A DNA stretch of 64,000 nt from an uncultured Desulfospira sp. (GCA_963663165.1 OY760175.1:2816001-2880000), one strand, 5' to 3'; positions 32,890 through 44,740 are shown, counted from the stretch's first letter. The notes: generated by a model from the letters alone, not told the origin. A program made the numbers and translations.

Positions 32890-33144
32890 TGTTATCCCTG
32901 ACGTTGTGTTTATCCAGAGAAAAGCCACGTCTGGAAGAAACATTATTGAGCATCTGATCCGTTGGGTTCTAAAAAAGCCAAAAGCCGCGGGTTATGATGA
33001 ATATCGCCACCGGCAGGACATGGGGCTGAGCTTTAAGGCTTTGTTTTTAATTAAAGAACGCGGTTTACGGTTGACTTTTGTCGTTTTAAACCCCTATAGA
33101 TTGAGGGTCGCAATCACTTACAACAACCAAGGGGGGAAAGAACG

Positions 33145-33546
33145 ATGAAGATTCTGAAAATTGATCATCTCGGTATAGCTGTTTCAAGTATTGACGAAAA
33201 AAAAAATTTCTGGACCGATGCCTTAGGCCTGTCCTTTGAGGGCACGGAAACCGTTGAAGAACAGAAAGTGACCACGGCCTTCCTGCCCGTTGGCGAAAGT
33301 GAAGTGGAGCTTCTCGAATCCACGGCTGACGACGGCCCTGTGGCCAAATATATTGAAAAAAAAGGCGAGGGCATCCAGCATGTGGCCTTCAGGGTGGAAA
33401 ATATTGACGAGGCTTTAGCCGAACTCAAAGAAAAAGGGATCAAACTCATTGACCAGGAACCCCGGAAAGGGGCCGGCGGTGCCCGGATTGCCTTTTTGCA
33501 CCCCAAAGCCACCTCAGGTGTTTTAGTGGAGTTGTGTGAACGATAG
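33145..33546 (+). CDS. mce: Methylmalonyl-CoA epimerase
   Basis: IDHLGIAV, VELLE, GEGIQHVAF, AFLHPK..GVLVEL. Confidence 0.93.
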   Translation: MKILKIDHLGIAVSSIDEKKNFWTDALGLSFEGTETVEEQKVTTAFLPVGESEVELLESTADDGPVAKYIEKKGEGIQHVAFRVENIDEALAELKEKGIKLIDQEPRKGAGGARIAFLHPKATSGVLVELCER

Positions 33547-33979
33547 GGGGATGGACAGCAGGTTAAAGGCGCTTTGATGGGCGGGGTCACCCACCGGTAT
33601 ACTGCAAAATAATATCAATTTTGGCCCCCTTGAAATTCGTCTTTTATTGCACATCTCCATATACCATGCACCTGAATGGCCTTTTTGCCCAAAGAAAAGT
33701 TTTTGCTAAGGCACTAATTTGGCAGAAAAAAAAGCTTTTTTTTTCTGGTCATGGACAATGGGGCAAAAAAGGATTGAATAGTTGAAAAAACAAAGTGCTT
33801 CTGATAAGAAGATCGTTGCTGGAAAGATTGCCTTTCCGGGAGACTTAAATTTAAGGGGGAGACCGGTAAAATCGGAATGTTCGTGGTGGTTTTCCATGCT
33901 GTTGAATTCGCTCCTGTGCCTTTTGGTATATCCGGTCATAACTTGTTCTTTTCCTATATATAAATGAAGGAAAGTTTTA

Positions 33980-35140
33980 ATGAAGATTCACGAGTACCAA
34001 GCAAAAGCGTTGTTTAGAGAGTATAACGTGCCTGTGCCCGAGGGCCAGGCAGCCTTTGATGTTGAAGAGGCAAAAAAGGTGGCAGCGGGTCTGGGGAATT
34101 TTCCCGTGGTGGTCAAGGCTCAGATCCATGCCGGAGGCCGGGGCAAAGGCGGCGGAGTCAAGCTGGCCCATTCCATGGAAGAGGTGGAGACCCTGGCCGG
34201 TGAAATTTTAGGCATGACCCTGGTCACCCATCAGACCGGACCCGAAGGCAAACTGGTTCAAAAACTGCTCATTGAGGCCGGCCAGAATATCCTAAAAGAA
34301 CTCTACCTGTCGCTGCTGGTGGACCGGGCAACGGCCACCGTCGTGATCATGGCCAGCCAGGACGGTGGCATGGACATTGAAAAGGTGGCCGCTGAAACCC
34401 CGGACCGGATCATCAAGGTGCATGTCAACCCGCTCATGGGGCTTCAGGGCTACCAGATCCTGGAAGTGGCCTACGGCCTTGACCTGCCCAAACCGGCCAT
34501 GAAAAAATTCTCCGGGCTTCTGTCCAACCTGTATAAATTTTTTGTCGCCAATGACTGTTCTCTGGTGGAAATCAACCCCCTGATCCTGACGGCCGACGAT
34601 GATGTTCTGGCCCTGGACGCCAAGGTGGATTTTGACTCCAATGCCCTTCACCGGCATAAAGATCTTTTGGAATTAAGAGACCTTACCGAAGAAGATCCCC
34701 TGGAAGTGGAAGCCTCTAAATACAATCTGAATTATATCAACCTGGACGGCAACGTGGGCAATATCGTCAATGGCGCCGGCCTTGCCATGGCCACCATGGA
34801 CATCATCAAAAATGCCGGGGCCACCCCTGCCAACTTCATGGACGTGGGCGGCGGCGCCTCTGCCGAACAGGTGGAAAACGCCTTTAGAATCATCCTGGCC
34901 GATGAAAAGGTCAAGGCGGTTCTTATCAATATCTTTGGCGGCATCTTAAGATGCGACATCTTTGCCCAGGGCGTGGTGGAAGCCGCTAAAAAGACAGGGC
35001 TCAAGATCCCGGTGGTGGTCCGGATGGAAGGCACCAATGTGGATGAAGGCAAACGGATTCTGGCTGACGCCGGGCTTAACCTGACCAGTGCAAGTGACCT
35101 TGCCGATGCCGCCGAAAAGATCGCGCAAGCTGTAAAATAA
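33980..35140 (+). CDS. sucC: Succinyl-CoA synthetase beta subunit
   Basis: [45 protein letters not shown]. Confidence 0.97.
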   Translation: MKIHEYQAKALFREYNVPVPEGQAAFDVEEAKKVAAGLGNFPVVVKAQIHAGGRGKGGGVKLAHSMEEVETLAGEILGMTLVTHQTGPEGKLVQKLLIEAGQNILKELYLSLLVDRATATVVIMASQDGGMDIEKVAAETPDRIIKVHVNPLMGLQGYQILEVAYGLDLPKPAMKKFSGLLSNLYKFFVANDCSLVEINPLILTADDDVLALDAKVDFDSNALHRHKDLLELRDLTEEDPLEVEASKYNLNYINLDGNVGNIVNGAGLAMATMDIIKNAGATPANFMDVGGGASAEQVENAFRIILADEKVKAVLINIFGGILRCDIFAQGVVEAAKKTGLKIPVVVRMEGTNVDEGKRILADAGLNLTSASDLADAAEKIAQAVK

Positions 35141-35153
35141 GGAGATAATCGCT

Positions 35154-36020
35154 GTGAGTATATTTGTAAATAAAGACACCAAACTGCTGGTCCAGGGAAT
35201 TACGGGTAACGAGGGCAGCTTTCACGCCAGACAATGTATCGCCTACGGCACCAATGTCGTGGGCGGCGTCACCCCGGGCAAGGGCGGCCAGAAAATGGAC
35301 GACGTCCCGGTATTCAATACCGTGGCCGGTGCCGTCAAAGAAACCGGGGCCGATGCCTCTCTGATCTTTGTTCCCCCGCCATTCGGGGCCAATGCCATCA
35401 TGGAAGCCGCTGATGCCGGCATCAAGCTGATCGTCTGTATCACCGAAGGCATTCCCATCCTGGACATGGTCAAGGTCAAAAACTTTCTGGCATCCAAAAC
35501 ATGCCGGCTTATCGGGCCAAACTGCCCGGGTATCATCACCCCGGAAGAGACCAAGATCGGCATCATGCCGGGAAATATTCATAAAAAAGGCCACGTGGGC
35601 GTGGTCTCCAGATCCGGCACCCTGACCTATGAAGTGGTGGATCAGCTCACCAAACTTGGCATGGGCCAGTCCACCTGCATCGGGATCGGCGGTGATCCCG
35701 TAAACGGGACCAACTTTATCGATGTATTATCCGCGTTCCAGGCCGATGACGAAACCCAAGCCATCGTCATGGTCGGGGAAATCGGGGGCAGCGCCGAAGA
35801 AGAGGCTGCCGCATATATTAAAGCAAACGTCACCAAACCGGTGGTCGGCTTTATCGCAGGCCTGACAGCACCTCCCGGCAGAAGAATGGGTCATGCCGGG
35901 GCCATCATTTCAGGTTCCAGCGGTACGGGCGAGGCAAAGATCAAAGCATTCAAGGACAACGGCATTCATGTATGCGAAAACCTTGGAAAAATCGGCCAGA
36001 TTTGCAAGGAAGCATTTTAA
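35154..36020 (+). CDS. sucD: Succinyl-CoA synthetase alpha subunit
   Basis: [29 protein letters not shown]. Confidence 0.97.
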   Translation: MSIFVNKDTKLLVQGITGNEGSFHARQCIAYGTNVVGGVTPGKGGQKMDDVPVFNTVAGAVKETGADASLIFVPPPFGANAIMEAADAGIKLIVCITEGIPILDMVKVKNFLASKTCRLIGPNCPGIITPEETKIGIMPGNIHKKGHVGVVSRSGTLTYEVVDQLTKLGMGQSTCIGIGGDPVNGTNFIDVLSAFQADDETQAIVMVGEIGGSAEEEAAAYIKANVTKPVVGFIAGLTAPPGRRMGHAGAIISGSSGTGEAKIKAFKDNGIHVCENLGKIGQICKEAF

Positions 36021-36030
36021 GTAACAGCCA

Positions 36031-36067
36031 CAGGCCGGCCTTGGGCGCTGATCCAAAGGCCGGCCTG
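36031..36067. terminator. GC-rich stem-loop after sucD
   Basis: caggccggcctt...aaggccggcctg. Confidence 0.55.
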
Positions 36068-36171
36068 AAGCAAAAAAGTCGAAAGCGAACAGTTAACAGC
36101 TCATGGCTGATAGCTAACTGCTAATGGCTAAAACGCTGACGGCTAAAAGCTAACCTAAGGGAGGTTAAAAA

Positions 36172-37179
36172 TTGGAAAGTTATACGATCGAATCAAACCG
36201 GGAAAAAAGTTCCAGGCTTCCGGCGCGGCTTGACCTGGCCCAGAGCGGGACAGGTCTGATTCTGGGATTGTTCATGTGGGTCCACATGCTCCTGGTAGCC
36301 AGCATTATCCTGGGAAAAGGCTCTTTTAATTTCGTGGCAAAGACCATGGAACTCTCCTTTTTGTCCGGAACTGGGCAAGGATACCCTTCTGCGGTATTCC
36401 TGGCGGTGGCAGGCGTATTTACCCTGTTTATTCTCCATGCCCTTTTAGGGATGAGAAAACTGCCCATTTCCTGGAAACAGCACCGGATCATGCGCGACCA
36501 GATGGTGATGATGAAACATCAGGACACCAATCTGTGGTACATCCAGGCGGTAACCGGGTTTATCATGTTTTTTGCCGGCTCCGTCCACCTTTACACCATG
36601 CTCACCAATCCGGGCTCCATTGACCCTTATGTGTCTGCCGACCGGGTGGTATCCCATCATTACTGGTTTCTTTATATCATCCTTCTGGTCTGCGTGGAGC
36701 TTCACGGCACCATCGGCCTTTACCGGCTGTGCATGAAATGGGGATGGTTCCAGGGCAAAAATTTTAAAACCGGCCGGGAAAACCGCAAAAAACTCAAACT
36801 GCTTAAAAACCGGCTTACCATTTTCTTTTTATCTGTGGGCGCTTTGGCCCTGCTGGTCTTCATTGTCATCGGCATCGGACACCGGGACAACGTGGGAGAA
36901 CGGTACCGCATCTCCCATGCCATAGCCCAGGAACCGGCAGCTGAACCGGAAGCAGCGGTTCAAGAAGAAGCGGCGGCTGAAACTCAAGCCGTAGAAGAAG
37001 AGACTGTCCAAGAAGCGGCACCGGAAGCGGTTCAGGAAGAAGAGCCCCCGGCTGAAGCGGTCCACACTGAGACCCAAAGCCATGATGACACAGGCGATGC
37101 CCATGAAGAGGGCGGGGCCCATGAACATGAACCTGAAGCCCATGACACCGGTCATGCTGCCGAAGAAACAGTACACTAA
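36172..37179 (+). CDS. frdC: Fumarate reductase cytochrome b subunit with acidic/His-rich tail
   Basis: [13 protein letters not shown], heme-ligand His residues, [12 protein letters not shown] (Wolinella-type FrdC). Confidence 0.9.
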   Translation: MESYTIESNREKSSRLPARLDLAQSGTGLILGLFMWVHMLLVASIILGKGSFNFVAKTMELSFLSGTGQGYPSAVFLAVAGVFTLFILHALLGMRKLPISWKQHRIMRDQMVMMKHQDTNLWYIQAVTGFIMFFAGSVHLYTMLTNPGSIDPYVSADRVVSHHYWFLYIILLVCVELHGTIGLYRLCMKWGWFQGKNFKTGRENRKKLKLLKNRLTIFFLSVGALALLVFIVIGIGHRDNVGERYRISHAIAQEPAAEPEAAVQEEAAAETQAVEEETVQEAAPEAVQEEEPPAEAVHTETQSHDDTGDAHEEGGAHEHEPEAHDTGHAAEETVH

Positions 37180-37193
37180 GAAGGGAAAATTCA

Positions 37194-39164
37194 ATGAAGA
37201 TCATATATACGGATTCACTTGTTATCGGTGGCGGCCTGGCAGGCTTAAGGGTGGCCATTGCTTCCATGCAGAGGGGATATGACACCATTATCCTTTCACT
37301 GATTCCTGCCAAACGATCCCATTCCGCCGCGGCCCAGGGCGGCATGCAGGCAAGCCTTGGCGCCTGTATCAAGGGAGAGGGAGACGATGAAGACGTCCAC
37401 TTTGCGGACACGGTAAAGGGAAGCGACTGGGGATGCGACCAGGACGTGGCCAGGATGTTTGTGAACACCTCGCCCAAGGCCATCCGTCAGCTTTCCGCCT
37501 GGGGGGTTCCCTGGTCAAGGGTTCGCGGCGGCGACCGGGAAGTTATCATCAACGGCGAAAAGGTCACCATTACGGAAAAACATGAGGCCCACGGCCTGAT
37601 TTCCGCCCGGGACTTCGGGGGAACCAAAAAATGGCGGACCTGTTTTACCTCGGACGGCACCGGCCATACCATGCTGTATGCCATGGACAACAAGGCCATC
37701 CAGATGGGGATTCCCGTCCATGAAAGAAAAGAGGCCGTTGCCCTGATCCATGAAGGCGGCACCTGTTACGGCGCCATTGTCCGTGACCTGATCACCGGTG
37801 AACTGATCGCCTACGTGGCCAAGGCCACCACCATTGCCACGGGCGGCTACGGCAGGCTGTATGCCGTGTCCACCAACGCGGTGATTTCCGAAGGCATCGG
37901 CACCGCCATTGCCCTTGAAACCGGCGTTGCCACTTTGGGGAACATGGAAGCGGTCCAGTTTCACCCCACGGCCATTGTTCCGGTGGGCATTCTCACCACA
38001 GAAGGATGCCGGGGTGACGGCGGCCTGCTCCTGGACAAGGACGGGTACCGGTTCATGCCCGACTATGAACCCGATAAAAAGGAACTGGCCTCAAGAGACG
38101 TTGTGTCCCGGCGCATGACCGAGCACATGAGAAAAGGCAAGGGCATCCCCTCAAGATACGGGGATCACCTCTGGCTTGACATCACCCTGCTGGGCCGGGA
38201 ACACATTGAGAAGAACCTAAGGGAAGTCAAGGAAATCTGTGAATACTTCCTGGGCATTGACCCGGTCAAAGACTACATCCCGGTCAGGCCCACCCAGCAC
38301 TACTCCATGGGCGGAGTCAGGACCAAGGCCACGGGCGAGAGCCCGACCTTAAAGGGGCTGTTCTCAGCCGGTGAAGCCGCCTGCTGGGATATGCACGGGT
38401 TTAACCGCTTAGGGGGCAACTCGGTTGCGGAAACCGTTGTGGCCGGCATGATCGTGGGCGAGTTTGTGGCCGATTACTGCGCTGCCAACCCCCTGAATAT
38501 CTCCACATCCACCATCGAGCATTTCATGAAACGAGAAGAAAAGAAGATCACTGATCTGCTGGTCAGGGATTATGGGGAAAATCCCTATGAACTCAAGGCG
38601 GAAATGCAGAAAATCATGATGGACAAGGTGGGGATCTTCAGAAACGCCGAAGATCTTGAAAAGGCCGTTGAAGAACTCAAGGTTCTCAACCAGCGGGCCA
38701 AAAACATTGCTTTGAGAAACAAAATCTCCTCCGCCAACCCGGAACTGGTAGAGGCCATCCGGGTGCCCAAGATGATCAAACTGGCCCAGTGCGTGGCCTA
38801 CGGCGCCATGCTCAGGACTGAGAGCCGCGGGGCCCATGCCCGGGAAGATTATCCCGAAAGAAACGACCGCGACTGGCTCAAACGGACCCTGACTACCTGG
38901 AAAGACGATCAGGCGGATCTGCCAGAAGTTAGTTACGAGCCGCTGGATGTCATGAAGATGGAACTGCCGCCGGGCTCCCGTGGATACGGGGTGGACAAAA
39001 CCATTCACCATCCGGACACGGAAAAGCGCGTTGCGCAGATCGAAGAAATCAAAAAGGCCAACCCGACGGCCGACCGGTTTGAACTGCAGGAACTGTTGAA
39101 TCCCATACCCATTCCGGACAAATTCAAAGGCAGAAACGAACGTATAGGAAGGGGGTTTAAATAA
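37194..39164 (+). CDS. frdA: Fumarate reductase/succinate dehydrogenase flavoprotein
   Basis: [37 protein letters not shown]. Confidence 0.97.
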   Translation: MKIIYTDSLVIGGGLAGLRVAIASMQRGYDTIILSLIPAKRSHSAAAQGGMQASLGACIKGEGDDEDVHFADTVKGSDWGCDQDVARMFVNTSPKAIRQLSAWGVPWSRVRGGDREVIINGEKVTITEKHEAHGLISARDFGGTKKWRTCFTSDGTGHTMLYAMDNKAIQMGIPVHERKEAVALIHEGGTCYGAIVRDLITGELIAYVAKATTIATGGYGRLYAVSTNAVISEGIGTAIALETGVATLGNMEAVQFHPTAIVPVGILTTEGCRGDGGLLLDKDGYRFMPDYEPDKKELASRDVVSRRMTEHMRKGKGIPSRYGDHLWLDITLLGREHIEKNLREVKEICEYFLGIDPVKDYIPVRPTQHYSMGGVRTKATGESPTLKGLFSAGEAACWDMHGFNRLGGNSVAETVVAGMIVGEFVADYCAANPLNISTSTIEHFMKREEKKITDLLVRDYGENPYELKAEMQKIMMDKVGIFRNAEDLEKAVEELKVLNQRAKNIALRNKISSANPELVEAIRVPKMIKLAQCVAYGAMLRTESRGAHAREDYPERNDRDWLKRTLTTWKDDQADLPEVSYEPLDVMKMELPPGSRGYGVDKTIHHPDTEKRVAQIEEIKKANPTADRFELQELLNPIPIPDKFKGRNERIGRGFK

Positions 39165-39898
39165 TGAGCGAAGAAGCAAGAGTATTAAAATTTCATGTAT
39201 TCAGGTACAATCCCCAGAAACCCGGGGATAAACCCCGCATGGTCACCTATGAGGTGACCGAAGCCCCGGGGATGACCATCTTTATTGCCTTAAACGATAT
39301 CAGGGAACACCAGGACCCGTCTTTCCAGTTTGACTTTGTCTGCCGGGCCGGCATCTGCGGCTCCTGCGCCATGGTCATCAACGGCCAGCCCGACCTGGCC
39401 TGCCGGACCCTGACCTCCAAGTTCGAAGACGGGGAAATCAAGCTGCTGCCCTTGCCCGGATTTGAGCTGATCGGAGACCTTTCCGTGAACACGGGCAAAT
39501 TCATGCGGGCCATGAGCGAACGGGTGGAATCCTGGATCCATGACAAGAATGCCGACAACGTTGATTTTAACAAGCTTGAAGAACGCATGGACCCGGATGT
39601 GGCCGATGAAATCTACGAGCTCGAACGGTGCGTTGAGTGCGGCTGCTGCGTCTCTGCCTGCGCCACCAAACGGATGCGTCCCGACTTCCTGTCTGCTGTG
39701 GGCTTTATGCGCCTTGCCCGGTATGCCCTGGACCCCAGGGACAAACGGTCTGACGAAGAATTTTACGAAGTCATCGGCAACGATGACGGCGTATTCGGCT
39801 GCATGACCCTTCTGGGATGCGAGGATTACTGCCCCAAGGATCTGCCCCACCAGACCCAGATTGCATACTTGCGCCGAAAAATGGCCCTGGTAAAATGA
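39164..39898 (+). CDS. frdB: Fumarate reductase iron-sulfur subunit
   Basis: CRAGICGSC, CVECGCC..C, CMTLLGC..CP. Confidence 0.96.
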   Translation: MSEEARVLKFHVFRYNPQKPGDKPRMVTYEVTEAPGMTIFIALNDIREHQDPSFQFDFVCRAGICGSCAMVINGQPDLACRTLTSKFEDGEIKLLPLPGFELIGDLSVNTGKFMRAMSERVESWIHDKNADNVDFNKLEERMDPDVADEIYELERCVECGCCVSACATKRMRPDFLSAVGFMRLARYALDPRDKRSDEEFYEVIGNDDGVFGCMTLLGCEDYCPKDLPHQTQIAYLRRKMALVK

Positions 39899-39899
39899 C

Positions 39900-40021
39900 G
39901 CTTGAACGACAATTCACCCATCTGCGGCGTTGCTGCAAAAATTTAAGATCCTTACGTACATCTGTACGCTGCGGTCTTAAATTTTCTTGCGCCTTGCATA
40001 TGGGCAAATTCTCGTCCAAGC
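39900..40021 (+). repeat. MITE/REP-like intergenic element
   Basis: Inverted ends gcttgaacga / tcgtccaagc; core tcacccatctgcggcgttgc. Confidence 0.8.
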
Positions 40022-40039
40022 TTGGGGTTGAACTCAATT

Positions 40040-40077
40040 AACCGTTAAGGGGACAAACCATTGTCCCCTTAACGGTT
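40040..40077. terminator. Stem-loop after frdB
   Basis: aaccgttaaggggacaa-acca-ttgtccccttaacggtt. Confidence 0.65.
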
Positions 40078-40184
40078 TAAAAAAACATCATGGACGAGCC
40101 GGATCAGCACCCGGCCCAGTCCATGGCCAATATTGAAAGCTAACGGCTAAAGGCTAACAGCTTTTAAATACAAAAGGTGAAAAG

Positions 40185-41795
40185 ATGAGCGAATTTAAAT
40201 TTGAATCCATGTTCCCGTTAGGGGAAGATGATACCGAATACCGCCTGATATCCAAGGACGGGGTCAGGGTCAGGGAGTTTGAAGGACGGGATGTCCTTAT
40301 GGTGGAACCCCAGGCCTTAACCCTGCTGGCGTCCCAGGCCTTCAAGGATGCGGCCCACCTTTACCGGGCCGAACACCTTGAAAAACTGAAAATGATCATT
40401 GATGATCCGGAAAGCTCGGACAATGACCGGTACGTGGCCCTGGAACTGTTAAAAAACGCGGCCATTTCAGCCGACAAAATCTATCCCATGTGCCAGGACA
40501 CCGGCACGGCCATTATCATGGGCAAAAAAGGCCAGCAGGTCTGGACCTGGTCCGATGATGAGGAAGAGCTGTCCAAAGGTGCTTTTGAGGCATATACCCA
40601 GAACTATCTGAGGTATTCCCAGAACGCCCCTTTAACCATGTACAAGGAAGCCAACACCAAAACCAACCTGCCGGCCCAGGTTGATATCTCGGCCATCCAG
40701 GGAGAGGCTTACAAATTCCTGTTCATGGCCAAAGGCGGCGGATCGGCCAATAAAACCTTTTTGTACCAGATGACCAAGGCCGTTCTCAACTCCGAAGAGA
40801 CCCTGCTCAATTTCATGACCGAAAAGATGAAAGAGCTGGGCACGGCTGCCTGTCCGCCCTACCACATTGCTTTTGTCATCGGCGGAACCTCGGCCGAACT
40901 GACCCTGAAGACCGTTAAACTGGCCTCGGCCCGGTACCTGGACTCTCTGCCCGAAACCGGCAGTGAGACCGCCCGTGCTTTCAGGGACAAAGACCTGGAA
41001 GAAAAGGTCCTGGTCCGGTCCCAGGAACTTGGCCTTGGGGCCCAGTTCGGGGGCAAGCATTTTGCCCTGGACATCCGGGTGATCCGGCTGCCCCGGCACG
41101 GGGCCTCCTGCCCTGTGGGCATCGGGGTCTCCTGCTCCGCCGACCGGCAGATCAAGGGCAAAATCACCAGAGACGGGGTGTTCCTGGAACAGTTGGTGGA
41201 AGATCCTTCCAAATACCTACCTGCGGCAGAACCTGAAATGAAACCGGCCGTGGAAATCAACCTTGACAAACCCATGGATGAAATCCGGGCGGAACTGTCC
41301 AAATACCCGGTGGCCACAAGGCTTTCACTAACCGGTAAAATTATCGTGGCCCGGGATATTGCCCATGCCAAATTCATGGAACGGTTTGAGGCCGGCAACG
41401 GCCTGCCCGATTACCTGAAAAACCACATCGTTTACTATGCGGGTCCTGCCAAAACACCGGAAGGCGAAGCTTCCGGGGCATTCGGCCCCACCACGGCGGG
41501 CAGAATGGACCCTTACGTTCCCGTATTCCAGGAACAGGGAGCATCCATGATCATGCTGGCCAAAGGAAACCGGACCCGTCAGGTCACCGATGCCTGCCAG
41601 AAATTCGGCGGGTTCTACCTGGGATCCCCCGGCGGCCCGGCCGCCCGGTTAGGCAAGGATTTCATCAAGAAAGTAGAGCTGGTGGAGTATGAGGAACTGG
41701 GCATGGAAGCCGTCTACATGATCACGGTGGAAAAATTCCCGGCCTTTATTATTGTTGATGATAAGGGGAATGACTTCTACGCCAACCTGCTTTAG
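40185..41795 (+). CDS. Class I (Fe-S) fumarate hydratase
   Basis: [39 protein letters not shown]. Confidence 0.96.
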   Translation: MSEFKFESMFPLGEDDTEYRLISKDGVRVREFEGRDVLMVEPQALTLLASQAFKDAAHLYRAEHLEKLKMIIDDPESSDNDRYVALELLKNAAISADKIYPMCQDTGTAIIMGKKGQQVWTWSDDEEELSKGAFEAYTQNYLRYSQNAPLTMYKEANTKTNLPAQVDISAIQGEAYKFLFMAKGGGSANKTFLYQMTKAVLNSEETLLNFMTEKMKELGTAACPPYHIAFVIGGTSAELTLKTVKLASARYLDSLPETGSETARAFRDKDLEEKVLVRSQELGLGAQFGGKHFALDIRVIRLPRHGASCPVGIGVSCSADRQIKGKITRDGVFLEQLVEDPSKYLPAAEPEMKPAVEINLDKPMDEIRAELSKYPVATRLSLTGKIIVARDIAHAKFMERFEAGNGLPDYLKNHIVYYAGPAKTPEGEASGAFGPTTAGRMDPYVPVFQEQGASMIMLAKGNRTRQVTDACQKFGGFYLGSPGGPAARLGKDFIKKVELVEYEELGMEAVYMITVEKFPAFIIVDDKGNDFYANLL

Positions 41796-41797
41796 GG

Positions 41798-41941
41798 GTG
41801 TTTGAACGAAGCGTCACCCATCTGCGGCGTTGCAAAAAAAGCTGCAATCCTCACAACCCTAAAGGTTGCTCCGGTTGCAGCTTTTCGGGCGCCCTGCATC
41901 TGGGCAACACTTCGTCCAAACACGGGTTTTCGGCCAGACAC
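41798..41941 (+). repeat. MITE/REP-like intergenic element, longest copy
   Basis: gtgtttgaacgaa...ttcgtccaaacac inverted arms, core tcacccatctgcggcgttgc, internal hairpin aaaagctgcaa/ttgcagctttt. Confidence 0.8.
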
Positions 41942-42210
41942 GTCCTCTGCTTCTGCTGTGGTGCCGGTGTGTTCAAACCGGTACCACGGCTTTTTTAATG
42001 CCGTTTGAAAGATCTCCTGATTAGTGATACAACCGGTGATTAGAGGGGGAGGCGACAATAATCATGAATCAACAATTAAAAAAGAAAAAAAATATATTCA
42101 TCCGTTTTCTTGAATGGATATCCAAGGGGAGTAAACAGGCCGCCCAAAAGGGGCAGTTCTGCGCGTCTTGAGCGATCAAGAAAAAGTAACCCGGTCCGGG
42201 TTAGTGTTCC

Positions 42211-42270
42211 AGCGATAACTCACCCATCTGCGGCATTGCTGCAAAATCCGCAGATCGGCAAGTTCACGCC
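42211..42270 (+). repeat. Partial copy of the same element
   Basis: tcacccatctgcggcattgctgcaaaa. Confidence 0.6.
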
Positions 42271-42326
42271 CACAAGGTACCGGAAAGGGGTAACGGATTA
42301 ACTGACAAAAACGGTAACAGAACAGC

Positions 42327-42755
42327 ATGAATCATAAAGTCAAAGGCTTGTTGCAGAAGATCAATTTTATTGAAACCGATATGGACCTGCACCGGCATAT
42401 CCTGGCGTCCATTCCCTCTGCCCAGACAGCCGAAATTGAAAAAACCGCAAGGACCATTGCGGCCATGAAACAGCAGATCCAGGATCTGAGAATGGAAATC
42501 AAAGCCGTTGATGAGACCGAGTACAACCGGATCATGGCCATAGAAAAGGGCACTGAAAAGTTCAAAGAAATGGCTCAGGGCAAAAACTTTATCCTGGTCA
42601 ACACCCTCAATGAAACCGGTGAGTGCTTTGTCACCCTGGCCGATGATACCCGGATAGACTGTCTGGTGGCGGCAAAGGAAGAGAACGGAACCTGGACCAT
42701 CCTCACCATTGACGGCCAGGTAAAGCAGCTGCCGATAGGCTTAATAAAGGCTTGA
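42327..42755 (+). CDS. Hypothetical protein with N-terminal coiled coil
   Basis: 142-aa ORF with host-like codon usage, co-directional with mntP. Confidence 0.75.
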   Translation: MNHKVKGLLQKINFIETDMDLHRHILASIPSAQTAEIEKTARTIAAMKQQIQDLRMEIKAVDETEYNRIMAIEKGTEKFKEMAQGKNFILVNTLNETGECFVTLADDTRIDCLVAAKEENGTWTILTIDGQVKQLPIGLIKA

Positions 42756-42776
42756 CGGCTTCTTCTCCCTCATCAT

Positions 42777-43325
42777 ATGGGAACCATCGATATATTCATC
42801 ATCTCCCTGGCCCTTGCCATGGATGCAGCCGCAGTCTGCCTTGGTGCCGCATCAGCCGGATATGCCGCCAATAAGCGGGCGGTCTTCCGCCTGGCCTTTC
42901 ACTTTGGCCTTTTCCAGGCCCTGATGCCCCTGGCGGGATATTTTATTGGAACGGGATTTGCCGGTTTTGTCCAGACCGCGGCCCCGTTCATCGCCTTTGG
43001 CCTGCTCTTGTTTGTGGGCGGCCGCATGATCATATCAGGCCTGGACAAATCAAAAGAGGTGATCAGCAAAGATCCCTCCCGGGGCATGACCATGGTGGCC
43101 TTGAGTGTTGCCGTCAGCATCGACGCCATGGCCGTGGGCGTCAGTTTCGCCTTTATGAAGGTATCCATCTGGACCCCGGTTCTTCTCATCGGCCTGGTCA
43201 CGGCACTAATTTCCTGGCTGGCCGTCCGTATCGGCCGAGACTTAGGGACCCGGTTCGGCAAACCCATGGAAATCTTCGGCGGCCTGGTCCTGGTGGGCAT
43301 CGGGCTCCGGATCATTCTTTCCTGA
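42777..43325 (+). CDS. mntP: Manganese efflux pump MntP family
   Basis: ALAMDA, FGLFQALMP, SIDAMAVG, GGLVLVGIG. Confidence 0.9.
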   Translation: MGTIDIFIISLALAMDAAAVCLGAASAGYAANKRAVFRLAFHFGLFQALMPLAGYFIGTGFAGFVQTAAPFIAFGLLLFVGGRMIISGLDKSKEVISKDPSRGMTMVALSVAVSIDAMAVGVSFAFMKVSIWTPVLLIGLVTALISWLAVRIGRDLGTRFGKPMEIFGGLVLVGIGLRIILS

Positions 43326-43351
43326 CCATTCCCCGTGTACCGGCCGCCGCG

Positions 43352-43654
43352 CTACTCAATCCAGAACAAAGCCGTCCCGATCCGGCCATCCCGGCATTTC
43401 GGGCATTTGCCCGGTTTTTTGTAGGTTTTTCGATCTTTGAACTCAAATCCGCAATCCAGGCAGTGGTAAGGCTTAACACGCACCTTCTTTTTTAACTGCC
43501 GGACGGTCTTTTCAATGAAGGGCAGATGGTGGAAAACATCCTTTTCCATGATGCCCGCCAACTGGGAAATTTCCCGTACGGACAGCCGGTTCTTTTCAAG
43601 ATAACCGATGATTTCCTGCCGGATGGTTTGATATCTTTGATTGGTCATGAGCAA
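43352..43654 (-). CDS. HTH plus zinc-ribbon transcriptional regulator
   Basis: TIRQEII..LSVREIS HTH; CLDCGFEF..KPGKCPKC. Confidence 0.8.
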   Translation of the reverse strand: MLMTNQRYQTIRQEIIGYLEKNRLSVREISQLAGIMEKDVFHHLPFIEKTVRQLKKKVRVKPYHCLDCGFEFKDRKTYKKPGKCPKCRDGRIGTALFWIE

Positions 43655-43811
43655 TGGACTCTCTTGAATTCTTTCATTAGCAAACGAATAATAAATTTAG
43701 AGGATAGAGTCAAGCCGCGGGTAGAGGGTCATTGCAATTTGACAAGCCCGGGAGCTTTGGCTAAAATCCTTATTTCGTAAGTAAAAACTTAACTGATTCA
43801 ACAGACAAAAG

Positions 43812-44738
43812 GTGATTTTAATGTTTTTAAAAACACAGACAATTTATTCTATAAACAGCCTTGCCTGCCGTTTTGCAAAAAACAAGCTGTGGCGAAAAGG
43901 GCTGGTCTCCCTGGCCATATTGGCGATTTTGCCTAACGGAGGCTGCGGTCACCCCACGGCCAACGCCCCAAAAGACATGGGGGACCAGGCCGTTGAAGGC
44001 CGGATTCTCTGGCGGGATCTGCTGACCCGGGATGCGTCCAAGGCAAAGGCATTTTATGGGACCTTGTTCGGGTGGGAATTCCGCACCCAGGGGAAATTTT
44101 GTGCCATTCTCCGGGATGGACAGGAAATCGGCGGCATCGTTGAAATCCCCGATGCACCGGATACGGCGGCAGACCGGTGGGTTCCGTCCATGGCTGTGAA
44201 AAGCCTGGAACAGGCCATACCCCTTACCGAACAAAAGGGCGGACAAATTAACGAGGGGCCCATGAAACTGGGCGACCGGGGAACCGGTGCCCTGGTAAGG
44301 GATGCCGGCGGCGCACAATTCGTCCTTCTTCAGGCAGCGTCAGCCCATCCCGTCAGCCGGCCCCTTAACATGAATGACTGGCTCTGGGATGAGCTGTGGA
44401 CCGACGATGTGCCGGAATCCATAGATTATTACAGCGCCCTTGCCGGTTTTTCGGCCAATCAGGAACAGGACGGTTACTGGATATTGACATCAGACGGAAC
44501 CTGGCAGGCCGGGGTCCGGAAAGTATTCAATGAACAGTTTGTGCAGCGGTGGGTCCCGGTGGTCCGTGTGGCCGATTCTGATGAAACAGGGAAAAAAGCC
44601 CAGGATCTGGGGGGCCGGATATGGGTTGAAGCGCCAAAAACAAAAGAACACCAAAAGGCCGCACTGATTTCAGATCCGGCAGGCGGCCTTTTCATTGTCC
44701 AGGAATGGGCCACTGATACTGAACAAGGGAGGGAATAA
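43812..44738 (+). CDS. VOC/glyoxalase-family protein, probably a lipoprotein (start uncertain)
   Basis: WRDLLTRD..FYGTLFGW and WDELWTDD tandem VOC domains, DPAGG. Confidence 0.85.
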   Translation: MILMFLKTQTIYSINSLACRFAKNKLWRKGLVSLAILAILPNGGCGHPTANAPKDMGDQAVEGRILWRDLLTRDASKAKAFYGTLFGWEFRTQGKFCAILRDGQEIGGIVEIPDAPDTAADRWVPSMAVKSLEQAIPLTEQKGGQINEGPMKLGDRGTGALVRDAGGAQFVLLQAASAHPVSRPLNMNDWLWDELWTDDVPESIDYYSALAGFSANQEQDGYWILTSDGTWQAGVRKVFNEQFVQRWVPVVRVADSDETGKKAQDLGGRIWVEAPKTKEHQKAALISDPAGGLFIVQEWATDTEQGRE

Positions 44739-44740
44739 AG

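Noticed and set aside
32419..33148. ORFs 32419-32634, 32741-32953 and 32759-33148
   Set aside because: No recognisable motifs or RBS; they overlap repeats and hairpins
33709..33724. Sigma54 promoter upstream of sucC (AGGCACTAATTTGGCA)
   Set aside because: Spacing fits but the -12 box deviates from TTGC, and there is no other support
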